A program made the position numbers and the translations under genes. The notes beneath the pieces were generated by a model, which was not told the DNA's origin, did no database searches, and was given only the letters and a program-made list of their open reading frames with translations. A DNA stretch of 64,000 nt from a virus. The stretch lies in IMG/VR virus record IMGVR_UViG_3300044568_003939; one strand, given 5' to 3'. Every line of letters begins with the position of its first letter. The stretch's first letter is position 1. Below, piece by piece: positions 61,538 to 64,000 of the stretch.

Positions 61538-61825
61538 CATATGAAACGATTTTACTGCATAAAACACTCCGCTATGATGATTAGCGTGATTGTAGCTAAC
61601 TTTGCTGCATGGATACTAATCGTGTATGCATTCGCCGCCTTAATTAAGCATTATCTCTGATTCCGCATCAGTTATGCCGCAAATCTGGATTTTTCTGGAT
61701 TTGCGGCATTTCTATGTAACTTGTTGGTAGTCTGTAGCGGAAAAATATGCATTTTTCTTCATTTTTTCCTTTACAAAGCCGATTTTTTGTTGTATAATAA
61801 TTCTGTAAGGAAACCACCACAAAAT

Positions 61826-64000
61826 ATGACTACTCCAACCGTAATTAAGACCACCACCTCCGATATTGACAGCCAAAACCGCCAGTTTATCTGGACGCAA
61901 TATTCCGATGGCAGCGCGCTTAGTTGCGAAATTACTCGCTGCACCGGCGATGCCGCACGCCCCGCCAAAGAAACTTGGCGGGAGTTTCACGAAGCTGGCA
62001 GCACCATGGCGCTCATGATTTGCGCTTGGTAATTGCTGGTGTGCCTAAAATTAAACTTTACCTATAAATTATATTATGAAAAACTATACTATGTACGAAA
62101 CCTATAAAACCGAAGCTGAAGCACTCGCGGCAGCTGAAAAGTACGCTACTGAAAACTGTGGTGTTGATACATTCGACGGTATGAACTGCAATGATTACAA
62201 AGAGGATCATGAGCCTGAATGCACTGGTTGGGACGGCTTTGATCGTCGATGTGACTGCGGTAACCGTCGCGTATCATGGGACATTGAGAAGAACCTCGAT
62301 GGTACCTTCGCCGCCTGGGCCCGAGCCTACTGAAAAATAAATGAAAATCACAGCATTTTATCCTTTACAAGCTTCCCACATTTTGTTATAATAATTCTGT
62401 AAGGCAATCAATTAACCACAAGACAAATATGAATACCAATCGTTCCACTAATTACCTCAAGACAATTGTCAATGACCAATCTGCAACAGCTGAAATCCGA
62501 AGGGTGCAGGCATCTGCACGAATCTTCAATCTCGAGCAAAAACTGATGCAGGAAAAAAATCCAGCTCACATTCGCCTTGTTCAACGTGTTGACCGTTTTG
62601 GTCGACTTGGGAAGAATAATCCTGCAGCTGTCGGTTACCGCGAGCGTGCAGAGAAGCAGAGGCGCAATTATAACTATGGTGCCAACCCTTATCAGCGCAT
62701 TGCAATCTCTGATGCTGCAACGGTTGACATTTACATTCGCACAATTCATCATGAGTCATGCGCACGTCGGCAATTTGTTAATATGACCACAGGTGAACTC
62801 TATTACGCTTAATCTTTATATGAATGAAACACCGCTAATACCAACCGCAGCTTTCGATAGGAGTGCAGCACTCCCAGACTCTAGGTATATTTTTAGCGGC
62901 AACTATGTGATATTTACGCGCCGCCGATTTGTTTTTCACATCACCTTTGGCCGAAGTTATGCTAACATGACTCTGATTGAAGCACGGCGTAAACTTAAAA
63001 AATACTATACCAAAGGTGAACAGAATGACATCCTGCATTATCTCAAAACCAACAACATTTTAAAAGCATGACCAATGGGATTCAGGTGGTAGCAAACTAC
63101 AAAGCGTCCATGATGGGTGGAATGGAAATCGTTCAAGTTTATCTTAAAACTGATGAAGGTGAAATTACCTTGAGTAAGAAGCAATGGGATGAAATCAAAA
63201 CAACTATGGCTGGGCATCGCAAGAGTGGATATTCAGAAGAGTTTGATGGTTATACTCCACACACAGCAGCTTTTTGGAATTAAGAAAATATACATATGAC
63301 AGAAGTAGAAATTTATTTTAACGTAGACAAGCAGCATCGCTTTACTGAAACAGAGGATGCAGATCGTGAGTTTGCATTGTGGTACTATAGCGACAAAACT
63401 GGAGAGGCTGCTGCGGAAGAAGCCTTTCACATTTCAAATGCTCCAGATGAATTGCTGACTGATAAGCAAAAACACATCAGACTCCGTTGGAAAGGTCGTT
63501 CACTATCCATTGGTGATGTTGTCGGTCTAATTGAAAAATCAGATGATCAAATAGTCACTCAACGGTACCTGTGCTGCAGCTGTGGATGGAAACAAATTTA
63601 ATATGACAGACACTATTAGAAAAGCAATTTTATCTTCAGGATTTTTGATATGCCCGGGATGCAATGGCGAAGGAGAAATTGGTTGTTGGAGCGGCCATGA
63701 ATCATTTTCAACATGTTATTTTTGTGCAGGACATGGAATGATTCGATCCTTAAAGAAAGTAAAACAAAGGAAAGAATGTATAATTTGTCAAGGGAAAGGA
63801 TGTCTGGGCGGTTGCAACCACAGAGGATATCACGAATGGGAAAGTTACGAATTGGTATGAAACATTACACAGCAGAATGGTTACTAGTACTTGCACTAAT
63901 TACATTGCTTATTACAGCATTTTTAGTTGCTCAACAAAGAGATGATCTTAAAGCCGAAGCGGTAAAGCGTGGAGCCGCAGAATGGGTTGCCGATTATAAT
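61826..64000 (+). other. Small early hypothetical ORFs (61826, 62076, 62429, ~62820, 63068, 63296, ~63602 CxxC protein, 63858 partial)
   Basis: Follow the promoter modules at 61716 and 62364. Confidence 0.55.

Noticed and set aside
13069-62400. Repeated promoter modules or leader repeats as a CRISPR array
   Set aside because: The repeats are dispersed or coding, not regularly spaced with 30-40-nt unique spacers, and there are no cas genes.

Overview
A 64-kb, AT-rich segment of a large T4-like (Tevenvirinae/cyanomyovirus-grade) lytic phage genome, almost entirely on the + strand and read with the standard bacterial code. From left to right: (i) late genes behind TATAAATA promoters (endolysin-like and virion proteins); (ii) nrdB-nrdA, an EndoII-like nuclease, T4-type RNase H, an exonuclease, a ClpP-like protease and an HNH protein; (iii) late genes sharing an N-terminal leader with L/I-x-E prohead-protease-type sites (13.9-16.6 kb, and again at 26.1-27.8 kb); (iv) a ~12-kb RNA region (16.6-28.9 kb) with about 25 tRNAs, a tmRNA (tag GENTLALAA), three late-promoter endonucleases and many non-tRNA or expanded tRNA-like structured units; (v) a long accessory region of small early ORFs behind repeated sigma70-type promoter modules, plus UvsE, a ThyX-like protein, a glycosyltransferase cluster, PhoH, a DinG-like helicase, an RNA ligase, a DEDDh exonuclease and a DNA ligase. 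The most unusual signals are twin ~140-nt expanded tRNA-like RNAs with covarying stems and different anticodon-like loops, the leader-tagged capsid-cargo cassette array, two inverted copies 49 kb apart of a promoter-linked GNA-triloop element, a late 6S-like hairpin RNA, and an HNH gene that interrupts one tRNA-Ser while carrying a replacement. All calls were made by eye; no database searches or folding programs were run.
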